In this document: in pieces, positions 41,111 to 51,332 of the stretch
Layout: the number at the start of each line of letters is the position of its first letter
Position numbering within the stretch: position 1 is the first letter of the stretch
NCBI GenBank assembly: GCA_963708075.1
Contig: OY970194.1
Span: 2,240,001 to 2,304,000, forward strand
Reading direction: 5' to 3'
Length of the DNA: 64,000 nucleotides
DNA from: Sedimentisphaerales bacterium
GTDB taxonomy: Bacteria > Planctomycetota > Phycisphaerae > Sedimentisphaerales > Anaerobacaceae
Position numbers and translations under genes: made by a program
The notes under the pieces: model-generated
Told to the model about the DNA's origin: nothing
Databases searched by the model: none
Seen by the model: only the letters and a program-made list of their open reading frames with translations

Positions 41111-41657
41111 TGACGATTTGGAATCGTTCCTCACCGTGGCCGTCCCGATTGTGTCGGGACGGCACGCAGGACGTTGCGGTGAGCGCGCCCGCAACGTCCT
41201 TTTTCCCATTGGGCCCGGACGGTTGCGACGGGCAAGAGAAAAGCCGGCTGGAAAAGCCGCTTGTCGAGGGGCAAGAGGAATCGATGTGCGCTGTACACCC
41301 TGCCGGCTTGAAATCCAAAGCACGAAGCCCGAGAACCGAAAACGGATCGAGAATCCTAATTTGCGTGGGCGGGTTTGAAACCCGCCCCTACGAGTTGCCG
41401 AGGCCGTGTCGTGACTCTTACGGCGTTCATCCGCGTTCATCCTCCGGCATCGCTCAGAGCCTGCCCTGAGCTTGTCGAAGGGACGGCGTCTGCGGTTTCG
41501 TCCTCTATCGGCCGCATCTACCGGACAAATACTGGAAAATACGTGACTTGGGCCGGGGATTCGGTTACAAGCGACTTTGCAAGAGGCGGTTGCATGGATG
41601 CGGCAGCCCTGCACCAGGCTGTTCAGGAGTCGCAAATACCCGTAAAAGGAGACCGTT

Positions 41658-41825
41658 TTGGCGAAAAACCAGTACACGTTTGAGAAGCGCAGGCGAGAAA
41701 TCGAGAAGAAACGCAAGAAGGAAGAGAAGCTTCAGCGCAAGGCCGACAAGCAGGAGCCCTCGCCCGAAGGGAATGCGGAGGCGCCCGTCGCCGAAGACCA
41801 GACTCAGCCGAGCCCGGAGGAGTAA
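41658..41825 (+). CDS. Small basic/acidic protein (55 aa, TTG start), absent from the ORF track
   Basis: AAAGGAG RBS; MAKNQYTFEKRRREIEKKRKKEEKLQRK... Confidence 0.7.
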   Translation: MAKNQYTFEKRRREIEKKRKKEEKLQRKADKQEPSPEGNAEAPVAEDQTQPSPEE

Positions 41826-42036
41826 CGCACGGGCAACCACGGGATCGTTTTCTTGTCATCTCGCTCTATCGTAGATTGGGCCCGATCACGGCTGGATTGC
41901 CGGGATCGGCGACCCATTCGGCGCAGGAGCCGCCACGATATCTGGTCGCACACCGCCGGCTGGAACGTGCCGGAAAAGGATAGGGCTGCGAGTGGCGGTC
42001 GCAGCCCCGGAATCGCGTTCGTGTCGTGGTGATGCG

Positions 42037-42606
42037 TTATGAGATTCTGCGGCGGACCCAGCCGACGAGGCCCGCGCCGATGAAGCCCAGGACGGCGGCG
42101 CCGGGGGCCGGGATGCATCCTACGCTGGCAATGGAGTTCAGCGCCTCGACGGCATCGAGGTCGTAGCCTTCGAATTCGCCGCTGTCCTCGATTCCGACGA
42201 ACCTGACGAAGTCGACGAAATTCAGGCCGGGGTAATCGGCGAGGTCGAAGCCGTCGCTGTTGGTGATTCGGCCCAGGAACGTGCACGGGCCGTCACACGA
42301 GCGGCCATAGACATCGACGGAGGCGCCGCAGTTGCCCGCCTCGTAGATCCACAGATCCAGGCCGGGACCATCGTAGACCCTGTTGTCCGTGAAGGCGAGG
42401 GTCAACTGCTCCGGCGTATCGACGGAGACGAAGGCGCCATCCCACGGGCCCAGGGCAGCGGACGGTGGGCCCCCCGTATCGGAGGAGCCTGCGGGCTGAA
42501 TGAAGTCAACTACGGCATCCGCCCATGGCGTGCTCGCGCCGAAGCACACCGGGCCGCTCAAGCCAACCACCAGGACAAACGTGATTCTCAACAGTCTTGT
42601 GTTCAT
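42037..42606 (-). CDS. PEP-CTERM (IPAPG variant) surface protein
   Basis: Signal peptide; C-terminal IPAPGAAVLGFIGAGLVGWVRRR. Confidence 0.85.
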   Translation of the reverse strand: MNTRLLRITFVLVVGLSGPVCFGASTPWADAVVDFIQPAGSSDTGGPPSAALGPWDGAFVSVDTPEQLTLAFTDNRVYDGPGLDLWIYEAGNCGASVDVYGRSCDGPCTFLGRITNSDGFDLADYPGLNFVDFVRFVGIEDSGEFEGYDLDAVEALNSIASVGCIPAPGAAVLGFIGAGLVGWVRRRIS

Positions 42607-43192
42607 ACTCTTTCCTCCTAAGAATGCACCGAGCTCCGAACCAGATTTCTCCCCGTGAGAAAGTCCGCTGATCCGCTATTCGGTTGTTGTCCGCTTCTCC
42701 GTGCCCGCCATGCGACGCCGTCGTGGATCGCATGCCCGCCAAGTCGAACTTCCATAGACTCCCCATTACGTAAAATCCTGATCGGCCTTCGCCTTTCTCC
42801 GACGGCAGATATCCTATGCCGAACAGATTTTGGAGCATTTGCCTTAGGACGAGTAGTACTGCGTTTCTGCCTGCAGGGCATTCAGGAAAAGGCGAGTTTG
42901 GGTATAGCGAAATGCCCGGTCTGTTGTAGGTGATTGGCGGGTGTGATCTGTTGTGGCAGGTAGAGGCTGCATTCACGGCATGAAATGCGGCCTAAAATGA
43001 GTGATGCCCCACCGATCTGTCGTTGATGCGAGTTGCATCAACCGATTCGGTGGGGCAACACCCTGTATCTTGAACAGGCCGCCATTGGAATCGGTGAGAG
43101 CGAAGCGTTGTGCCTTTTTCAGTGTTCTAAGCTCCCACGCGGTCCTGGTTATCCTTGCCGGCGATAAGCCGGGAAGAGGACATGGGTACGAT

Positions 43193-43882
43193 TTACCTCT
43201 TCCTCCTCGACTTCGGCTCCTTGCGCTCGACCTCTATGTCCTCTTTGCGGACTTCGCCGCTAACCTCCTCTTCTTCCGTGCGAGCTTCCTTATGGGCCCG
43301 AATTTCCTCTTTCACGACCGGCCGCTTGCGGACCTCCACCTCCTCTTCCACGATGGGGATCCTCACTTCCTCTTCGCGGAACTCCGCTTCGCCGATATCG
43401 CGTCCATAGGGCTCTTCCACAGGCGTTCGCTCTATTACGACTTCCTCTTTCTGTATCGGAACCTTCATTTCCCTGGTCTCGGTGTGGACGACCTTGTGGA
43501 GTCGTACTTCGCCTTCGCGCTGCTGCTTCTCGGCCTCGAGCTCCTCCTCGCGGAGCGGGATCTTCGTTTCTTCTCGCTGGCCCGCTTCTCTCGTGGTTTC
43601 CCTGTTGGCGCGATCATAATCATCCCAGCCGGTATAGCCTTCGTCCCGCCATCCCTCCAGGTCGGCACGGCTTCGGCTGACGACCAGATGGTCCTCGCGG
43701 ATATCTACGACGTCGTCATAGCGGATCGTGAAATCCCTGGGGAAGAACCAGCCCTTTTCGATCGTGATGCTATCGTCGTCGAGTCGTTCGACTTCGCCGA
43801 GCTTCTCGCCATCTACGCTAAACGCATCCATGCCCGTATGAAGGTCGGGATGCGTGTTGAGAAATTCATCTTTGTTCAACAT
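43193..43882 (-). CDS. YsnF/AvaK (DUF2382) domain protein
   Basis: DGEKLG.V, IPLREEEL..EK, GEVR..KVV, EEV.IER, V.KE. Confidence 0.88.
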   Translation of the reverse strand: MLNKDEFLNTHPDLHTGMDAFSVDGEKLGEVERLDDDSITIEKGWFFPRDFTIRYDDVVDIREDHLVVSRSRADLEGWRDEGYTGWDDYDRANRETTREAGQREETKIPLREEELEAEKQQREGEVRLHKVVHTETREMKVPIQKEEVVIERTPVEEPYGRDIGEAEFREEEVRIPIVEEEVEVRKRPVVKEEIRAHKEARTEEEEVSGEVRKEDIEVERKEPKSRRKR

Positions 43883-44223
43883 GATAATGCTCCTTGCTTC
43901 TTGATGCCGAGCCTATGATCACTGCCATTCTCTTCAGTTTCATCCCTTGAGGGATCAACGTCTCATCTTTCCTGTCTACATGTTTCTACGACGCGGGCCC
44001 GGATGCAGACCGGGCCGGTCGGATAGCATCCGACTGAATCGGCCTTCCATGTTTACCTAGCGCAAGGCGAAGAGCCTGTGGGATGTGTAGAAACTGTGTT
44101 CGATATGAAGCACCCGTTGGGCAGGACGCACTATGAACGTGAGGAATAGCCGGCGTCCCTACGCGATCCACACATGGCCAATCCGGACTCCAAGTGGCAT
44201 CGTCAAGCGAAGCTTGTTCGTAA

Positions 44224-46056
44224 TCAATGACGCAGCCTGACGTCCATTTCGACGGCGTGTTCCATACAGTACGCGCGGATCCTTTCGATCATGACGCGGC
44301 CGTACTGCTCGCATTTCGTCTCGCCGACGCCTCTTACATCAAGGAAACGGTCGAGCGTCGAAGGCCGGCGGCGCGCCATGTCGCGCAGCGCCGCATCGCC
44401 GAAGACCACGTAGGCGGGCACGCCCCGCTCGCGTGCCAGCGTAGACCGCAACGTGCGCAGAGTCTCGAACAGACCCTTGTCCACGCCCTCCCAGGATTCG
44501 GCGCTCGCCTTCGCGGTGCGCTGCCGCTCAGGCTTGCGCGCGGGCTGCAGCAGCCGCGGCGTTACTTCGCCTTTGAGCACGCGATAGCCTTCCGGCGTAA
44601 CGCACAGGACGTTGTACTCGCCGGTCTTTTCGACGAAGCCCTGCCCGGTGAGTTGCTCGATCCAGTCGTGCACGATCCGTTTGTCGTGCTCGCCGAGTAG
44701 CCCGTGGGTGCTCAGGGTATCGTGCCGGTTCTCGAGGATGCGCTGGTCTTGCGAGCCGGTCAGGACCAGGGCAGTATAGGCGCCGCCGAAACGCTGGCCC
44801 AGGCGCAGGATGCAGGAGAGGATTTTCTGGGCGGTAACCAGGGCGTCATCGATGGAGTCCACGTGCCCCAGGCAGATGTCGCAGCCGCCGCAATCGGGCT
44901 GCTTGTACGGCTGGCCGAAGTATCCGAGGATCGCCCGGCGGCGGCAGACTCCTTCCGTGCAGTAGCCGTACATCCGCGTGAGCTTGGCCAAAGCGATTTC
45001 CTTGGCTTGCGGCTCCATGTCGCCCAGCAGGGTCTTCCACACGGCGTAATCACCGCCGGAGTAGAACAGGCAGCATTCAGCCTCCAGCCCATCGCGCCCG
45101 GCCCGCCCGCTCTCCTGCTGGTAGTGCTCCAGCGACTTGGGCATGCCGGCGTGAATCACGTAGCGAACGTTCGACTTATCGATCCCCATGCCGAAGGCAA
45201 TCGTGGCAACGATGGTGTCTACCTTTTCCGAGACGAAGTCATCCTGGCTCTTCTTTCGTGCTTCATCCGCCATGCCGGCGTGATAGGGCGCTGCGCGATA
45301 GCCGTGTGAGACGAGCGTGCTGCACATCTCCTCAACATCGCGGCGGCGGATGCAGTAGATGATGCCGGACTCACCCTTGTGTCGGTCCATAACCTCGCGG
45401 ACCTGCTTGACGATCCGGTCGCGCGGCTGGACCTTGTAGATCAGGTTCGGCCGGTCGAAGGAGCCGACGAGCATAGCGGGCTCTTTCAGCCGCAATTGCT
45501 CGGCGATGTCGAGGCGGACCTGCTCGGTCGCCGTGGCGGTATAGGTGCCGATGGTCACTTCCGGGAAGATTTTACGCAAGGACCCCAATTGCCGATACTC
45601 CGGCCGAAAGTCATGCCCCCACATGCTGATGCAATGCGCCTCGTCGATCGCGATAAACGACAGTTTCAGCGAGCGCAGCATCGAGCTGAACCCCTCGGAC
45701 ATGAGCCGCTCGGGGGATATATATAGGAGCTTGAGCTGCCCCTTGTGGAGGCGCTCCATGGCGCTATCCCGCTCCTCCGGACTCAGGGAGCTGTCGATTC
45801 GTGCCGCTGCCACGCCGCACTCCGTCAGCGCATCCACCTGGTCCTTCATCAGGGAAATCAGCGGAGAGACCACAACAGCCAGGCCGGGCGCGATCAGGGC
45901 CGGGACCTGAAAACACAGCGACTTGCCGCCGCCGGTCGGCAGGACCACAATGACATCCCGCCCGCCGCAGAGATGCTCCATGGCCTCTTTCTGCAGTGGC
46001 CGGAACTCTTTGTAGCCCCAGTATTGCTCTAACGCCTTCTTGAGCCGCTCAACCAA
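44224..46056 (-). CDS. recQ: ATP-dependent DNA helicase RecQ (likely TTG start at 46056)
   Basis: PTGGGKSLCFQ, DEAHCISMWGHDFRPEY, QESGRAGRDG, Zn cysteines, RQC and HRDC domains. Confidence 0.96.
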   Translation of the reverse strand: MVERLKKALEQYWGYKEFRPLQKEAMEHLCGGRDVIVVLPTGGGKSLCFQVPALIAPGLAVVVSPLISLMKDQVDALTECGVAAARIDSSLSPEERDSAMERLHKGQLKLLYISPERLMSEGFSSMLRSLKLSFIAIDEAHCISMWGHDFRPEYRQLGSLRKIFPEVTIGTYTATATEQVRLDIAEQLRLKEPAMLVGSFDRPNLIYKVQPRDRIVKQVREVMDRHKGESGIIYCIRRRDVEEMCSTLVSHGYRAAPYHAGMADEARKKSQDDFVSEKVDTIVATIAFGMGIDKSNVRYVIHAGMPKSLEHYQQESGRAGRDGLEAECCLFYSGGDYAVWKTLLGDMEPQAKEIALAKLTRMYGYCTEGVCRRRAILGYFGQPYKQPDCGGCDICLGHVDSIDDALVTAQKILSCILRLGQRFGGAYTALVLTGSQDQRILENRHDTLSTHGLLGEHDKRIVHDWIEQLTGQGFVEKTGEYNVLCVTPEGYRVLKGEVTPRLLQPARKPERQRTAKASAESWEGVDKGLFETLRTLRSTLARERGVPAYVVFGDAALRDMARRRPSTLDRFLDVRGVGETKCEQYGRVMIERIRAYCMEHAVEMDVRLRH

Positions 46057-46147
46057 ATCCGTCGCCTCTAAAACCAAGGGGGGTCCAAACGCCACGGTAT
46101 TATACACGACATCAATGCGCCAAGCCAGCCCACAGGCCCAGCGATCG

Positions 46148-46800
46148 TGGCTTTGTTTCGCACAACCGCCCATGCAGCCCCCTTCGGCCTCCCGCCTACC
46201 GCCTCCGGCCCGTTCCCCGCAAATTGGCTTTGTTTCGCACAATCGCTTATCCCCTCTCCGGCGGCCGCGTCAAGCGAAGCTTGGCGATGGTCGTCCCGAG
46301 ACACCTCAGATTGGCTTTGTTTCGCACAACCGCCCGTGCAGTCCGCTCCGGCCTCCAGGCTGTTCCCCGCGAATTGGCTTTGTTTTGCACGACAGGCCCT
46401 TCGCCATCTGGCAGGTGGGCTCTGCCCGCCATCTGTCCGGCAGGGCCAATTGGCTTTGTTTGGCGAGGCAGAGCGAGCGGCCCCGCTGGTCCCAGGTTGC
46501 CGGACGGAGTCCCGGCCCCCGAATTGGCTTTGTTTCGCATCATCGCACAAGCGAACATAACCCCTTTCCCACAAAGAACTTTCCGCTGATCCCGCCCACC
46601 GACGTTGGCTTTGTTTCACAGAATCACTCACCACAGTCTGCGTGGCAGCGGCAAGCGCATGCTTGCCGATGCCACCCGTCTTAGGACTCCTCAAATTGGC
46701 TTTGTTTTGCAGATTCAGTCATCCGCTCCCCGCCTTCAATCCGCACTCCGCATTCCGCACTCCCAGGCTCCGGCCCGTAATTGGCTTTGTTTTGCACAAC
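46148..46800. repeat. Nine-unit repeat-spacer array, consensus (AAT)TGGCTTTGTTT(C/T)GCAC, no cas genes
   Basis: Cores at 46148, 46225, 46312, 46375, 46451, 46525, 46606, 46697, 46782. Confidence 0.92.
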
Positions 46801-47299
46801 TTGGCCCCACCGGGGCGACTTGCACCTGACCGGTCATGGCAAGCCCTCCTGGAATTCACGATTTACGAATTGTGATTTACGATTTGAGCACGGCCGCTGG
46901 GCCTGCCTTTCCGGCGCGCCGGCGAATCGGCGAGACTTGGTCATCCGCCCATATAACAGGGACGCTCACGGCGTCGGATTGTTGCAGGGATTTCCGTCCA
47001 GAGATGAAAATGCTTACAAGCCTTTGTACCTCATGGACTTACGGCCCCGGATTTTTCGCGCATACCCCAAAGGTGGATGTAACCTCTTATGCCGCCACGA
47101 TTTACGCCGGGTGGCATCGCCAAGCGGAGCCGTTCATGGACCTTTGGCGCACCCAAGAGGATGAAAATGGTGTCGGTCGGCCAGATTTACGTAAGTCTCG
47201 GCCGGTGCGAGACTTGGCCAACTTCGCATCGCTTTTCACCTACTGTATTCTCAGAGGAGTCCTCGGAGCTTGCCGATGGCGTTGCCCCGACACGGGCGC

Positions 47300-47602
47300 G
47301 CGCCCTTGGAACAGGTGCCCGCTTCGCCGGTGCCGGCGGTTATGCCATGAGCCGTACGCCACTTGCAGCCACTGCATCGCCGCCGAGAGGTTCGCGTCGC
47401 CCGTCTTGACCAGAAGGTCGTAGTGGTTGCCCATGAGCACATAGGCAAAGACACGCAACTCGAACCGCTGCGAGCACCGGCCCAGCCGGTCGAGAAAGCC
47501 CTCGTAGTCGTGCTCATCGCGAAAGATCACTCGCCGCTCATTGCCGCGATTGAGCACGTGATAGAACGTATCCTCCTGATCGATGCGTAACGGTCGTGCC
47601 AT
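47300..47602 (-). pseudogene. Truncated Y1/HUH transposase (IS200/RAYT-like)
   Basis: MARPLRI...YHVLNRGN.R..IF, YVLMGNHYDL (HUH second His to Asp); homology ends after GHLFQGR, before the catalytic Tyr. Confidence 0.85.
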
Positions 47603-47675
47603 GAACAGCAGGGTGCAACATGTCACAACGTGCGGTCAAGCAAGTAAATCCTTATTCCTTATTCCGAACGTGAAA

Positions 47676-47760
47676 GGAGAAAAGGGGTCAGGCTTTGGAT
47701 GTAGGTGCCGACCCTATTCTTCCGCGCCAATACCTATGTCCAAAGCCTGACCCCTTCTCC
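47676..47760. repeat. Long inverted repeat (GGGGTCAGG...CCTGACCCC) next to the Y1 transposase
   Basis: AAGGGGTCAGGCTTTGGATGTAGGT ... ACCTATGTCCAAAGCCTGACCCCTT. Confidence 0.85.
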
Positions 47761-50154
47761 TCTGTGCAGCGCCTGTTCACGGATCGGATCATCCTCGATG
47801 TGCCGATCGTCACCATCGGGAAGGATTCGAGCGTCGTCATCGACATGGACGCGATGCTGATCGGCCAATGCGAGAAGTTCTTCGGCAGCCGTTTCAAGGG
47901 CTCCAACCCCAAGCTGGCGAAGATTCAGAAGGCCAAGGCGTTCCCGGAGAACGTCGAGCTGGCGTTCGAGATCCCCTCGGCCGGCGGCCGGCTTCAGACG
48001 GTGCATTACTCTATCAGCGTCATCCCGCCAAACACAGGCTACAAGCCGCGAAAGGCTGATTCACGCGTCGGGTACTTCACCACGACCTTCAGCGATTACG
48101 GGCAGTTCAAAGAGCCCGAGACCAAGGTGCGGTACGTCAACCGGTGGAACGTGGAGAAGGCCGACCCGTCGCTCCAGGTCAGCCCGCCGAAGAACCCGAT
48201 CGTCTTTTACATCGAGAACACGACGCCCGTGCGGTACCGCCGCTGGGTCCGCCAAGGCATCCTCTACTGGAACCAGGCCTTCGAGAAGGTCGGCATCTCC
48301 AACGCTATCGAGGTCTACTACCAGGACAAGAAGTCGGGCGCCCACATGGAAAAGGACCCGGAGGACGTGCGATACAACTTCATCCGCTGGCTGAGCAACA
48401 ACCAGGGCACGGCGATCGGCCCCAGCCGCGTCAATCCGGAGACCGGGCAGATTCTCGACGCCGACGTCGTTCTGACGGATGGCTGGATCCGGCATTACTG
48501 GACCACCTATCACAAGATTATGCCGCAGCTCGCGATGGAAGGCATGAGTCCCGAGACGATGGCGTGGCTGGCGGACCATCCCCGCTGGGACCCGCGCCTC
48601 CGCCTGGCCCCGCCCGCCCAGCGAGAATTCCTGCAGCAGCAGATTGCCCAGGAGCGAAGCATGCCCTACGGCGGCCATCCGATCACCAAGGTCCGGCCGG
48701 AGCTGATCGGCGACGACGAATACGATGGCCTGGCCGGCACGATGTGCCAACGCAACGGGCTGTGCACGCTCGAATGGGGCAAGGCCTTCGATGTGGCCAT
48801 GTTCCGGATGGAATTGGCCTTCGCGGAAGCCGAGGAGAAGAACAAGGCCGAGGACGGAAAGAAGGAAGAGGATAAGGACAAGGAGCCCATGATCGACGGC
48901 ATGCCCGAGTCCTTCATCGGTCCCCTGCTGGCCGAGCTGGCCTGTCACGAGATCGGACACACGCTCGGCCTGCGGCACAACTTCAAGGCTTCCAGCACGT
49001 ACACCATGGCGGAGATCAACAGCAAGGGCATGAAGGCCGCGAAGCCACACGCCGGCTCCGTCATGGACTACCTGCCCGTCAACATGAACGTCGAGGACGG
49101 CGAGGTCCAGGGCGACTACTGCATGATCTGCGTCGGCCCCTACGATTACTGGGCCATCGAGTATGGATATGCACAGGACGAGAAGAAGCTCAAGGACATC
49201 CTCAGCCGGGTGGCCGAGCCGGAATTGCAGTACGCGACCGACGAGGACACGTTCGGGCCCGACCCGCTGGCTCGCCGGTACGACTTCAGCAAGGACCCGC
49301 TCGACTACGCCCGCAACCAGATGCGCATCGCCACGCGCAACCGCGGGAGAATCCTCAGCGACCTGGTGAAAGAGGGCGACAGTTGGTCCAAGGCCCGCCG
49401 CTACTACGAGCTGACCCTCGGCCTGCAGATGCGGGTGGTGGGCATGATGGCGAACTGGCTCGGCGGCGATTTCATCCATCGGGACAAGAAAGGCGACAAG
49501 AACGGCCGGGCGCCCATCGAGCCCGTTCCCGCCAGGCAGCAGCGGGATGCACTGGCGTTCGTGGTCGAGAACGCCTTCCAGGATCAGGCGTACGGCCTGA
49601 CGCCGGAGCTGCTCAGCCACATGGCCGAGGAGAAATGGTGGGACGACTGGTCGTCGATCGTCGAGGATTCCACATGGCCCATACATGATCGGATCATGGG
49701 CTTCCAGGCCTACACGCTGACGATGTTGATGAATCCCGACACGTTGCGGCGAATTTATGACAACGAGTTCCTGATTCCCGCGCAGGCGGACGTCCTCAGC
49801 CTGCCGGAGTTGCTCGAAGCAATCAAGCAGGCCGCCTGGACCGAGCTGGATCAGCCGGCCGGCGCCAAGCATGACGCGCGGAACCCGATGATTTCCAGCC
49901 TGCGGCGCAACCTGCAGCGCGAGCACATGGAGCGGCTGATCGACCTGAGCCGATCGGACGCCATCGGCTCGGCCGTCTATAAGCCAATCGCCACGCTCGT
50001 CGTCGAGCAGCTTCGCCAGCTCAAGGGGAAGATCGATTCCGTGCTCGACACGCACAAGGAGTCGCTGGACCCGTACACCCAGGCGCACTTGAGAGACGCC
50101 AGCGTGCAGATCCAGAAGGCGCTGGACGCCCAGTACATCTATCAGGGGCTCTGA
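47761..50154 (+). pseudogene. Metzincin zinc metalloprotease (EcxA/DUF5117-like), 5' end missing
   Basis: DSRVGYF, HEIGHTLGLRHN, SVMDY Met-turn; no signal peptide or native start, homologous-looking sequence begins right after the inverted repeat. Confidence 0.75.
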
Positions 50155-50213
50155 TACGCGGAGGCTGCTGCAGATCTTCGCGGCGCAAGAGAGCACCAGG
50201 CTATGAAGACCAC

Positions 50214-50250
50214 ACGGGGCTGCGAGCGACCCTCGCAGCCCCGTTCTTTT
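50214..50250 (+). terminator. Intrinsic terminator
   Basis: ACGGGGCTGCGAG-CGACC-CTCGCAGCCCCGT followed by TCTTTT. Confidence 0.8.
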
Positions 50251-50269
50251 GCCGTCGTGATGAACGGCC

Positions 50270-50447
50270 GGGTGCCATGTCTACGCTTGCGTAGACATGT
50301 TCCGTTCGACAGGCAAGGCATGCTTACGCGAGCGTGAGCATGGCACCCGGCGATTTTGTCATCCTGAGGCGAAGCCGAAGGATCCGGTCATCGAAAGAGA
50401 GGTTTCTCCCGCTCGCGGGCCAGATCCTTCGCTTCGCTCAGGATGAC
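50270..50447. repeat. Two adjacent REP pairs
   Basis: GGGTGCCATG...CATGGCACCC (50270-50348) and GTCATCCTGAG...CTCAGGATGAC (50358-50447). Confidence 0.8.
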
Positions 50448-50479
50448 AGACGCGACGTGTGAATCAACTACAATCCGCG

Positions 50480-51331
50480 TCAGGCATTCAACATGGCCTG
50501 AGTCACTTTGATCACGTCGAGCATGGGGCCGACGTCGTGGACGCGGAGGATGGACACGCCGGCGGTGACGCACATGGCGACCGCGGCGGCCGTGCCGAAG
50601 ACCCGGTCGGATGGTTTGTCCCGGCCTGTGATCCTGCCGATGAACGCCTTGCGGCTCGGGCCAACGAGGACCCGATAGCCGGTGGCGGCCAACTCGTCGA
50701 GGTGCTTCAAGAGCAGCAGGTTGTGCTGCAACGTCTTGCCAAAGCCGATGCCCGGGTCGATGATGATCCGCTCGCGGGCGATGCCGAAGCCCTCCGCCCT
50801 CTTCGCGCGTTCGACGAGAAAATCGCGAACCTCTTTCACCACATCCGTGTATGTCGGCTCGACCTGCATGGTGGCGGGCGAGCCCTGGATGTGCATCAGG
50901 ACGACAGGGACCTGCTCTTTGGCGGCCAATTCCGCCACTCGCTCGTCGGCCAGCGCCGTGATGTCATTGATGATCGACGCTCCGGCCTGGAGCGCCGCAC
51001 GCGCAACCTCAACGTCACGCGTATCGATGCTGATGGGGATGTCGACTCTCTCGGCGAGCGCTTCGATCACCGGGACAACGCGATGGATTTGCTCGGCCGA
51101 GGGGACCGGCTGTGAGCCGGGCCGGGTCGATTCCCCGCCGATGTCCAGGATGGCGGCGCCGTCATTGATCATTCTCAGGCCGTGCTCCACCGCCCTGCTG
51201 AAGTCGAAGAACTGCCCGCCATCACTGAACGAGTCCGGCGTGATGTTCAGGATGCCCATGAGCAGGCAGCCGCAGGAGAAGTCCAGTTGTCCCTTCGGCC
51301 ATTGCAGTACGGCTTCTCCTGTCGATTTCAT
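50480..51331 (-). CDS. folP: Dihydropteroate synthase
   Basis: MGILNITPDSFSDGG, DIGGESTRPG, DPGIGFGK, SRK, RVHDV. Confidence 0.96.
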   Translation of the reverse strand: MKSTGEAVLQWPKGQLDFSCGCLLMGILNITPDSFSDGGQFFDFSRAVEHGLRMINDGAAILDIGGESTRPGSQPVPSAEQIHRVVPVIEALAERVDIPISIDTRDVEVARAALQAGASIINDITALADERVAELAAKEQVPVVLMHIQGSPATMQVEPTYTDVVKEVRDFLVERAKRAEGFGIARERIIIDPGIGFGKTLQHNLLLLKHLDELAATGYRVLVGPSRKAFIGRITGRDKPSDRVFGTAAAVAMCVTAGVSILRVHDVGPMLDVIKVTQAMLNA

Positions 51332-51332
51332 G

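Noticed and set aside
42610..43000. c-di-GMP riboswitch upstream of the PEP-CTERM gene
   Set aside because: GGCAAA is present on the minus strand, but the GNRA/receptor and second stem pattern were not found.
46040..46694. ORFs with KQSQ / NKAN / IGFV / WLCF repeats, including the recQ N-terminal extension to 46242
   Set aside because: The repeat falls in different frames on both strands, so conservation is at the DNA level; recQ homology starts near 46056.
46148..46800. CRISPR array
   Set aside because: The conserved core is only 11-20 bp, periods vary from 63 to 91 bp, some spacers are related or contain REPs, and no cas genes are in the window. Reported as a non-CRISPR array.
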